The translations under genes and the position numbers were made by a program. The notes under the pieces were generated by a model. The model ran no database searches. It saw only the letters and a list, made by a program, of their open reading frames with translations, and had not been told where the DNA came from. Below, one piece after another: positions 39,852 to 51,294 of a stretch of DNA of 64,000 bases. The DNA is from Octopus bimaculoides (taxonomy: Eukaryota): NCBI RefSeq assembly GCF_001194135.2, contig NC_068989.1:58695638-58759637 (forward strand). Reading direction: 5' to 3'. Each line of letters begins with the position of its first letter. Positions within the stretch are counted from its first letter, which is position 1.

Positions 39852-40010
39852 TACGACGGGCTTCTTTCAGTTTCCGTCTACCAAATCCACTCGCAAGGCT
39901 TTGGTCGGCCCGAGGCTATAGTAGAAGACACTTGCCCAAGGTGCCATGCAGTGGGACTTAACCCGGATCCATGTGCTTGGTAAGTAAGCTATCTACCACA
40001 AAGCCACTCC
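39635..40010 (-). mobile_element. SINE family B (extreme tail missing) with internal (AT)n
   Basis: Reverse complement of the 22943 copy. Confidence 0.9.
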
Positions 40011-40296
40011 TGGAGCTCAGAGTGAGTCGGTATTCTATAGAAAATAAAGGGATTCTCGAACGTAGGATGGGTGTGAAGCTACCGAGCAAATAAGTGGCCA
40101 ACCCTGTACATCTCAAATACTGACTAGCGCGCTGTACTATTAAGCTAGTATATATATATATATATATATATTAATGACTTAATCCTAATTACATATATAT
40201 ATAATTAGGATAAAGTCATTAATTAATGATTTATCAGTGGCCAGCGTACAAAATAGATCATATGATTTAAATAAATATTTAAAGTATAAATATACT

Positions 40297-40402
40297 CTTT
40301 ACTTGTTTTACTTATTTCAGTCATTTGACTGCGGCCATGCTGGATCACCGCCTTTAGTCGAGAGAATCGGCCCCAGGACTTATTCTTTATAAGTCTAGTA
40401 CG
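40297..40402 (-). mobile_element. SINE family B 3' tail fused to the mariner fragment
   Basis: tttcagtcatttgactgcggccatgctggatcaccgcctttagtcgag...ggacttattcttt. Confidence 0.8.
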
Positions 40403-40704
40403 ACCCATTGCCTCGTCGCTGTAAGTTTGCCGAAGCATGCTCAATGTTTCTGTAGCAGACTTCCCAAGTTTAACGCAAAATTTCATGTTCGCACTTTGTT
40501 CCTGTCCATGACAAAATCGAAGACTACAGTATACAATAATCACAAAAACACAAATTTCACAACTTGTGAAGTAAACACAGCCACGTCACTCGGCACACTG
40601 CCTCATGAAGGTCACTGTTAGCTCTCGTTGCGCCCACAACCGTGTGCTGTCATCAGTTATCGCGCTACGCAAGTAATCCGGGAACGTTTTGATACCACCT
40701 CGTG

Positions 40705-40706
<2 letters not shown>
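40403..40706 (-). mobile_element. mariner 5' end: TIR plus transposase N-terminus
   Basis: QEQSANMKFCVKLGKSATETLSMLRQTYSDEAMGR; TIR-like cacgaggtggtatcaaaacgttcccggatt. Confidence 0.8.
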
Positions 40707-40737
<31 letters not shown>

Positions 40738-41000
40738 NNNNNNNNNNNNNNNNNNNNNNNNNNNNNNNNNNNNNNNNNNNNNNNNNNNNNNNNNNNNNNN
40801 NNNNNNNNNNNNNNNNNNNNNNNNNNNNNNNNNNNNNNNNNNNNNNNNNNNNNNNNNNNNNNNNNNNNNNNNNNNNNNNNNNNNNNNNNNNNNNNNNNNN
40901 NNNNNNNNNNNNNNNNNNNNNNNNNNNNNNNNNNNNNNNNNNNNNNNNNNNNNNNNNNNNNNNNNNNNNNNNNNNNNNNNNNNNNNNNNNNNNNNNNNNN

Positions 41001-41039
<39 letters not shown>

Positions 41040-41190
41040 TAGGCGAACTGGCATAATCGTTAGCAAGTCGGGCAAAATGCTTAGCGGCATTTCCTCTGTC
41101 TTTCCGTTCCAAATTCTTCACTGGAGTCGATTTAATCAGCTTAACCCCTCCCCGCAAATTGCTGGACTGGTGCCAAAATTTGAAATCTAT
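41040..41190 (+). mobile_element. SINE family A, internally deleted copy
   Basis: ggcgaactggcataatcgttagc...aaaatgcttagcggcatttc...gtgccaaaatttgaaa. Confidence 0.7.
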
Positions 41191-43063
41191 ATAAAAACGT
41201 GTGTGTTGAAAGAGAGCGAAAAGGGCGGGGTGAAATTTGAATTTATGATTGTAATATAACGAAAAAGGAAGTAATTCTTTTCTTTTTGCTTAAAATCCCT
41301 CGTCTTAAATTATCTTAAAGTAAAATTAAATCTACATAGAGTAAAATTAAATCAACCGGCGATGTTGTAATGGTATATATCATTAATATCACTTCTTTAT
41401 GATATCGACTGCAAAAAATAATTGGTTTAACGAAAGCCTTAGTCATTGAATAAAACATTTGAAATTATACGAGAAGTGGAACGTGTTCCATGGTTTTTTT
41501 TGTTCGAGAATTATTCCTTATATTTTCTTTTTTCTCAACTTGTCTGTCATTTTTCTTACCAATAAGTATTTGTCATCAGGGTTTGCCTTTTAATTGCCTT
41601 ACAATTCCAGATATTATGTTTTACTGTCTGGTATCCTACTGTTATTATAAGCCAGCACATTTTTTTTTATCCATTCTTATCTTTTTTGGCAATCCGATTA
41701 AATCGCTTTTTAAATGTCAAAGAAACTTGCACGATGCAAGCTGGTCTGTTTTGTTAGGCTGTTTACTTACGGGAAAGCGAACTAATGCTTAAATTGGTTC
41801 AGAGAAAATCTAGAGGATATTAGGAAGGGAAAGCAAAGCACAGCTTTAGATCTGAGACTTTTGCTAAAGGTAATGAAATAACCAGATCCTTAACAATGTA
41901 GATGTTTATACTGACCCTCAGTACGGAAGAACAGGAAAATAGCGGCCAATAAAAAATGGTTGGTACTTTCTATATCTGACATATTTAAAATCTAAAACTA
42001 TTTTACTGAAACAATTTGCTGAATGGTTCCCTTGTTTCTGGGTGTTGTTGGTTTGTCAGTTTTGTATGAAATAGCGTATGATGACACTGTATTGAAGATC
42101 ATATATTTAATTCTAGATCAGATAAAGAATATTTATTGAGTCTTTATCTTAACCTCTTAACTAAATGTTCATGTGGAATGATCTCAAAAGCTTAGGATCG
42201 AAGTTACCTTGAAGTACAGGTGAAACAGGATAACTGTTGCTAATATCTTCCTGTTCAAATGCTATCAAATTTACCTCTTAACTAAAGTAGAAAGTTAAAA
42301 TCTGTTCTATTTTTATCAATTCTATGTAAGATTTACAATTGAAGATTGTAAACCAATTGAAGATTGTAAACCAATCGAAGATTTGTCTGCTTGTTCCAGA
42401 CTATTTTGGAATTCTCTCTATAAGATACCCTCTCCCATTCTGATTCAATTCCCAAACTATGCACGGAAATACTTTAGAAAATGTATTGAGAACAATAACA
42501 TGTCTTTTCTTAGGGTAAAAAAAATCAATATTTTCCATTACTTTCAGTTCATCTTTACTGACAAAATATTCCGAACAATAGCGTTGCCAACTTTTCTCTC
42601 TCTCTTTCTCTCTTTGCCCTGAAATTTGTGTAATAAAGTGCGGATTTTAATTTTACATTTATACTCTCTTCCCTAAACACTACCTAATAGATTAGTAGAT
42701 ATGCAATACACTCGTATTTTCAGAATGGTTACTACTGAAAATACATTAAATAGCATCAGTCTAAATTCGTAAATGTGATAGCGAATATGATACTAGAGTT
42801 AATAACTAATCTCTGAATAAAATAGAGAATCATCTGAAAATTTCATATAAGCACTGTTGAAAAGTAAGTCTCCTTTCTTGTGCATTAATTTCTAATTTAG
42901 CAACAGCACCATAAACTGACTGAGGCATTGCAAATAAATGAAAGCCATTAAATTGATTTTAATGCTATTTCGAGAGGTATTACAGTCAATCTTGGATATG
43001 CATCGTCGGTGGGATACACTAATGTATGTGTGTATATGCATCTTTGCATTATATATATATATA

Positions 43064-45200
43064 CTGATCAGAAAGGATCCAAACAAGGGGCACGTAATCG
43101 ACAACTTTAGGCACATCACCCTGCTTGACGCAGAGCTGAAAATTCTGGTCATAGTTTTAGCAAAAAGGATGGCGAAAGTCGTGGATAGTATCGTCAGGGA
43201 GTCGCAAACCTGCACCATCCGCGGCAGAACCATACATGATAATCTCCACCTTATATGCTATACTTTAGAAAGGGTAAATAGGATTCCTGGCAGGGGTGGG
43301 GCGTTGGTCCATTTAGAATAATCCAAAGCCTTTGATAAGGTAGACCTTCGGTTTCTGGCGACGGTTCTCGAGGCGGTTGGTTTTGGCCCGACATTTCGCG
43401 GTTGGATCAGCGCTTTATATAGCAACATCAAGTCGGTAGTTCGGGTGAACGGTTTCTTTTCGGAGCCGTTCAATATCGAACGCTCGGTTCGTCAAGGTTG
43501 TCCACTCTCGCTCCTGCTTTATTTATTGGCTCTCGAGCCACTACTAGGAAGATTGGAGGCGACGAGTGGAGACCCGCAAGATCTAAGGTATGAAAAGTCA
43601 GTCTTAGTGTATGCGGACGATGTCACTGTCATCGTATCCAGGTACCAGGACCTATAGATGATAGCTGAGGCTCTAAAAGAGTACGAAGTGGTGGCAGGAG
43701 CAAGAATTAACCGGGATAAGTCGGTCGGCTTGCAGCTCGGTGCGTGGAAAGGCAATTCGATGCCATCCAACTGCGTCGTCGGACGCTGGACAGACGACCC
43801 GGTGAAAGTTCTTGGAGTCTGCTTTCGTCTAGACCTCCAGATAGCGAAGAATTGGAATGAGATTATGGGCAGGGCGGTGTCCATAACTCAGATTTGGTCT
43901 GGGCGGATGCTATCCATGAAAGGGAGGGCGGAGGTGGCAAATGTGTTTATCATATGTCATTACCTACCGCATGACTGTCGTGCCGTGCCCCGATTCATGG
44001 CTAAACAAGTTGGAACGCATGCTCTTTCACTTCTTGTGGGAGGGCAGGCGGCCTCTTGTAAGGCGCTCTCTCTGCTGCCAACAGCCGTTAAAGAATGGGT
44101 TAGGGATGCTGTGGCTAAAGATGCGCAGGTATACGCTGCGGTTGAGGTGTCTCTGGCTCTACTTGGACGGTGAGCGGGTATGGTCTTCGTTCGTTGATGA
44201 GATATTTCCCAGGTTCACCTCTTTTAGTGAACTGGAAAGCTGCATCAGATGTAGACCAAGGCTGGAAGCTTGGCAAGCAAAGTGTCGACAGGCGCTCGTG
44301 CCTCTCTCTCGAAGGAGCAATACCGGCGGAGGGGGTACCACCTCGGCGTACTATAGAGGGCTGGTAGAGGGCAAGTGTGGTGACGGCTTGGTGGAGACTC
44401 TGGGTTTCGATTAAAGTCAGCTTGCCAATCTGTATCGAAGGACTTTCGGCCCAGGACCTATGGACAACTTCCAGTGGCCTCTGACTTGGCTGTGCTTCCG
44501 AAGTGCCTTGCTAGTTCGGGATAAACTCGCGAGGCCCGGCGTCACGGTTTCGCCTACGGATTCGCTACGTTACTGGCAGAGCAGCGAAACTGTTCTGCAT
44601 GCAATCGTACAGTGTCCGTGTCTCTCGGACCCGTGGGCTTCTACCAAACGGGTACTCTCACAGCTGGGGAGAGTACAGCTGTCAGCCGAATCGATTATTA
44701 AGATTGTTCTGCCGTCTCTTCTAAAAGGAGAAGAGAAATTCTGTTTTCTAGCCGTAATAACTATAGAGGAAAAGGTGATATGGATGGAAGAGGTGTCGCA
44801 TCAAAGAAAGAGATGATATGGAAGAGGTATCGCATCAAGCACCTTCTTCTCAGGGCATGCTTTGGTTAACCATTTTTTATATCACTTAAGAAGGAAAGCA
44901 TGTCTGGAGAAGAAATGCCTGACGTCAAAAATGTACGAAAGAAGATGGAAGAAAGTAGCCCGAATGTAAGTGCTTAATTAAGCGGTGTAAAAAAAATGGG
45001 CGAAGTAAACGGTTCAATGCAGGAATGTGGTTGGTGGGATCAAACCCATTCCACGTCCATTCATTTTTTGTTTTTCATTTTCATCCGAAATTACAATGTA
45101 TTTAATCATATATGTAATATCATTCGATAAGTCCCCGACCCCCATTTGTCAGGTGTATTGTCTCCTCTTTGTTTAACCCTTGTGGTTTGAATAAAATCAT
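43064..45200 (+). mobile_element. Tx1/L1-clade LINE, 5'-truncated at the start of RT, disabled
   Basis: KDPNKG..IDNFRHITLLDAELKIL, SKAFDKVD, RQGCPLS, YADDVT, NGLG, C-terminal ETVLHAIVQC; in-frame stops at 43319-21 and 43655-57 plus frameshifts; 3' UTR ends aataaaatcatc. Confidence 0.92.
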
Positions 45201-46049
45201 CGTGCTAGTTCCACAATTCGCGTGTTGATAGTTCAACGTTGGAGTTCCAAGTTTAAAGTTCGAGTTAGCGTGTTGGATTGTTGCTACGTTCCGTGTGGTT
45301 ACTGCCGTTTGTTTCGATTATATTGTTATTACACTGTTGCAGTGTATTCGTTTATCCATAAGGATATAACAGTTCCTGTGACGGATCTGTTGAGCTTACA
45401 TGGGATTGATATTTTTAGTAGAATGTTCCTATAGTACTCATTATTTCTAAGGATGACAAAGTAGACAAGAGATCATACTGGCCCTTGTCAATATTTAGCA
45501 TAACTGTTAGGACAATCCTTCCTGCGAATAGCTTTATAAATAGGTTGAAGAGAGTGTCATGTCTCATGGGGCGGTAGCACCTTGCAAACATTTTTTGCAG
45601 CAGCTGATGATGATGTCTTTCACACTGTTACATATCGATATTTTCTAACATAACGTGATGGTTACCAGATATCCTATTTCACGTATTGGTAAGGTATTTA
45701 GCAGCCATCTTGTATACTTTTATAGCGAAGACTTATTCATGGAGGTAGGAACGATGCAACTATCACATGTTTAGACAAAGTTACTATTCCTGGCAAAATT
45801 TCTTGGTGCCCTTTGGTAGCTTGCGAAATATGTACACATGTACAACTGTCTGCTGTTATGATGGTTAGTACAGCTACCCTTGGGTCAAGTGAAACAGCTG
45901 TATTACACTGCTGAGTAAATGTATGTCTACTCACTTCTCCCGTTGTCATACAGTCAGTGTTGTCTGAGTCATACGATGTGACACTTAAAAGTCGTTTGAA
46001 CTGACCTGGTACCTTTACCCTCATCCTTAACATTTCTTATTTAACATAA

Positions 46050-46205
46050 ATCCTGTCCATTATTTACATTATTTACATATGACGGATATTTGTCCTCATC
46101 TTGTTTGTTGTTAACACAACGTTTTGGCTGATGTACCCTCCAGCCTTCATCAGGTGTCTTGGGGAAATTTCGAACCTGGGTTCTCATTCCTAAGGTATTT
46201 TTCGA

Positions 46206-46248
<43 letters not shown>

Positions 46249-46377
46249 GTTATTATTATCATTATTGTTTTTTCTTCTTCTTTCTTCAAATTTTCTTCCA
46301 TTTCTCGCTGAGTGTTTTCTGTACACCTAGGGTAGAGAAACTCATTGTATGCATTCCCAGTTTAGAAAGAATTATCA

Positions 46378-46446
<69 letters not shown>

Positions 46447-46520
46447 TCACTGTCTGGAATCGAACTCGGAATCTTGGGGTTAGTATCCCGCGCTCTTAAC
46501 CATTACGCCATATGCCCGTG
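46050..46520 (-). mobile_element. tRNA-headed short element with internal (AAT)n and 3' hammerhead module
   Basis: A box tggcgtaatgg (46500-10), B box gagttcgattcc (46456-67), two (AAT)n tracts, hammerhead at 46113-58, tail (AATGTAAAT)n. Confidence 0.75.
46113..46158 (-). ncRNA. Minimal type I hammerhead ribozyme, probably inactivated (G12A)
   Basis: Minus strand GACAC-CTGATGA-A-GGCTG-gagggtacat-CAGCC-AAAA-CGT-T-GTGTT: stem I 4 bp plus G.U, perfect 5-bp stem II, GAAA changed to AAAA at 46125 (consistent with CpG decay), palindromic ACGT. Confidence 0.6.
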
Positions 46521-48039
46521 TCAATGTCATTATTGATGTGCTAGTTTCACGAGATGATTAGTATCTTCCTAGTCTTAATGTCCGATTTGCAGATCTTTTC
46601 GAGTATCTACCATGTAAAACCTTGCACTTGTACTTCAAAAACATTATGGGACATGTTCTTATTGTATCGGAACAGCTCTAATTCCTTATCATTCTCTATC
46701 TGCTGAAGAATTCCTTTGTCACTTTAGCTTTACTCACAACACCACTGCAATAACGTATGCAATATTCTCACTAATTCCAAGATATTTGTAGTTTTCGTTA
46801 TTAGCGAGAGGCCATTGATATCCATATTCCTCGTTTAATGAAAACTTTTATGCGGGTGAGTATAAAATATGTGCGCTAATTCACTTTGCCTAGTAAGAAT
46901 TTTATTGTAGCCTTGCCGTTTCTTCAACGACGCCGATAAAAGATTCACTGTCAGGGCAAACAACATTACGTATATGTTGAAACTATGGAATTTACAGTCG
47001 ATAAACTAATTCTGTTTGAGACTAAAGCAGTTGCTTCAGTTAATAAAGCTGTGTGAACTTTGTTGTGGACAATTTTTTTTAACGGTATTGACTATAACAG
47101 TATTGACTATACTCAGTAAGATGTATTGTTTCAAGTATGCGGAGTGAAATATCTTATAGTCAATCTATACAGTCAGTGGACTTCGGGGATGCTGCCTCGC
47201 CTTCATAAGGAGTGTTGTTGTTGAAGAGCAATTCATTACAATCCAAGACTCCTTTCATTCCTACTTCTTGCTCATTAGTTTCCGTATAATTTGTTTCACA
47301 AGAGAAACACATTCAAGCAACAACGATGTGTGTAAATGTGTAATTTATACACGGCCACATGTATAAACATGTATAGTTCTTACACAGCAATGTATGTATA
47401 TAAATTGAGCACATTTTATACACAACATTTAGGCATGCTATAGGTGAGTTGGTTACTGCTACACGCATTTCTTGCTTCTTTAAGTACGAGTGCTGCCCGT
47501 GCAATTATCACCCACTGGTCTAACACATCAAATTTATCGCTCTTTGTTCTATGTCTATGAGAAGAATTTTAAAACTAAAATCAAAAGCACATACACACAT
47601 ATGAAACATAGGTAAACTAATTGCCTTTAAACACAAGCTATGAGAGGTAAATAAAAAGTTTTGATTTCGTATGAAATTACAAGAACGTAGAACTATGAAC
47701 TGCATGCTTGTATTAAACCTATAAAATGTATATCGCAGTATGAAAGGTCATAATTTCAAGGTTATCAATGACTTCCCCCATCGGTAGCTGTGGATTCAAC
47801 GTAGGAGAATCATGAACATAAATAAACAGCACAGTTTCAATGCTATAATTAAATGAGCTACGGGATGAGTAATGTATAAACGACTTCCCACAACATATAT
47901 CACCTGTGAAACACTTCTGACAGCTGTTGTAAAACTACCGAATTGAGAATCACTTGGGAGAGAGTCGATTATTAGCATAGGAAATTCATATTCTACGCTG
48001 ATGCAGTCATCAACCTTTAAAAACAAAAAAATAAAACAA

Positions 48040-48170
48040 TAAACCTTGAACTTGATGAGCGAGACTGGTTGACAGTTGCACGGGCAACATTCTTGCCTAA
48101 ACAAGCAACACAAGTAGCAATAACCTACACACCCAATATAACTCTGGTTATCTGTGGTGCTGTCAGTCTG
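48040..48170 (+). mobile_element. Possible hAT transposase fragment
   Basis: ELDERDWLTVARATFLPKQATQVAITYTPNITLVI resembles the hAT motif L...EW..L...FL.PF..AT..LS...Y.T.S.V. Confidence 0.35.
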
Positions 48171-48463
48171 ATGTTTTTTAACATGATCTTTTATGAGCAG
48201 AAAGCTTCTCTTCTTATACTCCATGGTGGTAGAGTTGTGCAACTTCACCGTGTGTGCATCCCCGTTTATCAGTCAAGGAATACCTTTTAAGAAGATCCTT
48301 ACCAATTTTCATGCATGATTCTATTTGCTTCATGTATACAGTTTTGACTCATGGATGCTCTTCAAAACTTGATGGTTGATAGATGCTGCAGAAATGCTGC
48401 AACACTTAAAGCTTATTTGAACAGATGTTAATCTTCTAACAGTTTCTTTTTTTAAATTTTCAG

Positions 48464-48570
48464 GTAGAAAATGTCTATGTCAATGTTGATATTGGTGTGG
48501 AACTTTCCAGTGGTTGTTTGAAATTTTTGGCTTTTAACATCAACCTGAACCTCATTCAGCGTTCAATGAA
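48464..48570 (+). other. Candidate internal exon (107 nt, phase 0 to 2), product unknown
   Basis: Branch-like CTAAC at 48436-40, T-rich tract, tttcag acceptor, single open frame VENVYVNVDIGVELSSGCLKFLAFNINLNLIQRSMK, donor AA|gtaagt. Confidence 0.4.
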
Positions 48571-48639
48571 GTAAGTCAAATATTGGTATTGTTGTGTAGT
48601 TGGGAATTGGTGTCTTACAAGATAGCTGACTTAGTGTGA

Positions 48640-49160
48640 GTGAGGCGGAGCGGGAAGGGCGAGGGAGTGGAATGTGTGAGAGATTTTGTTAAAAGAAAAC
48701 AGATGGAGATGATGCTGGAACGGTGAACAGGAAAAAGTGCCGAGAAATTGGCAGGTGCTCGAGATGGTTGCTGCCAATTTCAAATTAGAGTGGTAGGAAA
48801 TGAAAGAGGTGACTTGTTTACGAGTAAAGAAAGAAGCACCTATACTATTGTCAATATAATAACCGCAGAGCTTTGGGGGTGAGTCCCTGATAATGGGTAT
48901 AGATTTGGCCTTCAAGATGATCAATAAACAGATTAACGTAATTGGTACCTATTATGCTGGCGAGAGCCACTTCCGGGAAAAGTAAAAACAAGTGAGACAA
49001 AGAACAAATGGTGTGAGGCGGAGAAGCATTTGTACTCAACTGCAATGTGAAAGCATGAAAATGAATGTTTACGGAGACATATTTAGCATTCACCAAAGAC
49101 AACCATGTATGATTAGGTACACGCGCATACACAATCATAGGTGTGGTAGACTTTCTAAGC
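48640..49160 (-). mobile_element. Penelope-like element reverse transcriptase relic
   Basis: IGTNYVNLFIDHLEGQIYTHYQGLTP / YYIDNSIGASF...FISYHSNLKLAATISSTCQFLG matches PLE RT MGPNYANLF..LE..I...Y.G..P...RYIDD.IGA...FHP.L.FT..IS...FLD. Confidence 0.7.
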
Positions 49161-49654
49161 AAAAATGAAGTTTCATTTGTTAGTATCAGTTGTCTGTGTC
49201 ACAAACCTACACCAGAAACCTCCAGTAGTTAACAATAAATAAAAAATAAAATTTTAAACCGATGATAAAATATCGATAATAGAAATCAGACTAAATAATG
49301 ACTGAATAATAACTAACTTATTTGAATTGTTAATAATTAACTACACACATACACACACACACACACACACACCAAACTTTGTAAACCACGTTCGCGTTAA
49401 TTATTTACATATCCTTGTTACCAACCTCCACCTCTCTCCTTAGAGTCAAACAATTCTTGCAAAAAATTCCATTTGTCATTTACTGGCTTTCAGTTTTGTG
49501 TATTTGTAGGTTTGTTGTAGAGGGAGTAAAGAAAATTTTAAGAACCCTTTGTATATGAAAAGATATCTATTGAAATTATGACATGCGCTTGCATGGTCAT
49601 AGTCTAAAGCCCGGAACCAGGAAAAGGAATAAAACAACAACAATAATGATATTG

Positions 49655-49825
49655 ATTTCAAATTTTGGCACAAGGCTACCAGTTTTGGGGAAGGGGATGA
49701 GTCAAATACATCGACCACAGTATTCAACTAATACTTACTCTATCAACTCAGAAAGGATGAAAGGTAAGGTCGACCTCGGCGGAATTTGAACTCAGAACGT
49801 AAAGACGGACGAAATGCCGTTAAAC
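49655..49825 (-). mobile_element. SINE family A, head truncated
   Basis: tcaaattttggcacaagg...gaaaggatgaaaggtaaggtcgacctcggcggaatttgaactcagaacgt. Confidence 0.8.
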
Positions 49826-51294
49826 ACGTGCTTGTGTATATATGCACATGCGCACACACGCGTGCACATACATGCATACACGCACAGATGCATATACAGA
49901 CACACACACGCACATACACACGCACATACACACACACACGCACACACAACACACACGCACACACAACACACACACAACACACACACACACACATCATACC
50001 CTTATGTGTTATGGTATGGACTGGAAGGCGTATATCTAAATGTGTTGATGGAAATTTGGGCCCCATTGAAAGACTTTCTCATAATTCTGTAGTTTTGTCT
50101 GCCTAAAAGCTGCAAAACTGCTTGGCAAAGCAGCAACCGCGCATTCGCTAAATACCCTTCACGGAGATTTTAATTATCTTCCCCTGTGTTATAAAAACGG
50201 GAGCCAGTTATTTGGATGTTTTTCTCTCGGTATTAATTACCCAATGCAACGTAAACGCTTGGTTGTAGTGATTCTTCTTTAGCTAAATTTATATCACAGA
50301 CGTCTTTTTATTTCTTTTATACACTCTTCTAATGATCTACGAGAATGCTTCAGAGAAGAATTTACTGATAAAATTTAACTATAGTAATTAAGGGGAAAAA
50401 GAACTGCTTGGAAATAAAACTACCCCATTTCTCTGCTATTATTTGCGCCCAGAAAAACATGTCTTCGGTAGATTTAAAAACAAAATAAAAAGAAAACGAA
50501 AAGATATTAGATTTCTAGGATGTTAAGTTACTGCNNNNNNNNNNNNNNNNNNNNNNNNNNNNNNNNNNNNNNNNNNNNNNNNNNNNNNNNNNNNNNNNNN
50601 NNNNNNNNNNNNNNNNNNNNNNNNNNNNNNNNNNNNNNNNNNNNNNNNNNNNNNNNNNNNNNNNNNNNNNNNNNNNNNNNNNNNNNNNNNNNNNNNNNNN
50701 NNNNNNNNNNNNNNNNNNNNNNNNNNNNNNNNNNNNNNNNNNNNNNNNNNNNNNNNNNNNNNNNNNNNNNNNNNNNNNNNNNNNNNNNNNNNNNNNNNNN
50801 NNNNNNNNNNNNNNNNNNNNNNNNNNNNNNNNNNNNNNNNNNNNNNNNNNNNNNNNNNNNNNNNNNNNNNNNNNNNNNNNNNNNNNNNNNNNNNNNNNNN
50901 NNNNNNNNNNNNNNNNNNNNNNNNNNNNNNNNNNNNNNNNNNNNNNNNNNNNNNNNNNNNNNNNNNNNNNNNNNNNNNNNNNNNNNNNNNNNNNNNNNNN
51001 NNNNNNNNNNNNNNNNNNNNNNNNNNNNNNNNNNNNNNNNNNNNNNNNNNNNNNNNNNNNNNNNNNNNNNNNNNNNNNNNNNNNNNNNNNNNNNNNNNNN
51101 NNNNNNNNNNNNNNNNNNNNNNNNNNNNNNNNNNNNNNNNNNNNNNNNNNNNNNNNNNNNNNNNNNNNNNNNNNNNNNNNNNNNNNNNNNNNNNNNNNNN
51201 NNNNNNNNNNNNNNNNNNNNNNNNNNNNNNNNNNNNNNNNNNNNNNNNNNNNNNNNNNNNNNNNNNNNNNNNNNNNNNNNNNNNNNNNNNNNNN

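Larger units (their letters stand above)
45215..47300 (-). mobile_element. R4/Dong-clade LINE relic (RT to REL endonuclease), interrupted by the 46050-46520 element
   Basis: Ordered minus-strand motifs: NEQEVGMKGV, TV*IDYK (47153-64), LFALTVNLLS..LKKRQGY, ENYKYLGI (46773-90), AKVTKEFFSR, then YRPMRHD (45556-64), AIRRKDCP, SIPCKLNRS (REL PD-like, 45382-97). Confidence 0.7.

Noticed and set aside
46443-46520. Possible tRNA gene (also 11033-11105)
   Set aside because: Acceptor and T stems do not pair properly, and the sequence continues into a repeat body; these are SINE-type heads
7868-47112. Small tandem duplications (7868-7915, 17470-17515, 42341-42383, 44778-44840, 47085-47112)
   Set aside because: Ordinary slippage duplications, with no shared motif or evidence of function
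47796-48248. 150-aa Cys-rich minus-strand ORF
   Set aside because: No recognisable motif or spacing; overlaps the antisense of the hAT-like fragment
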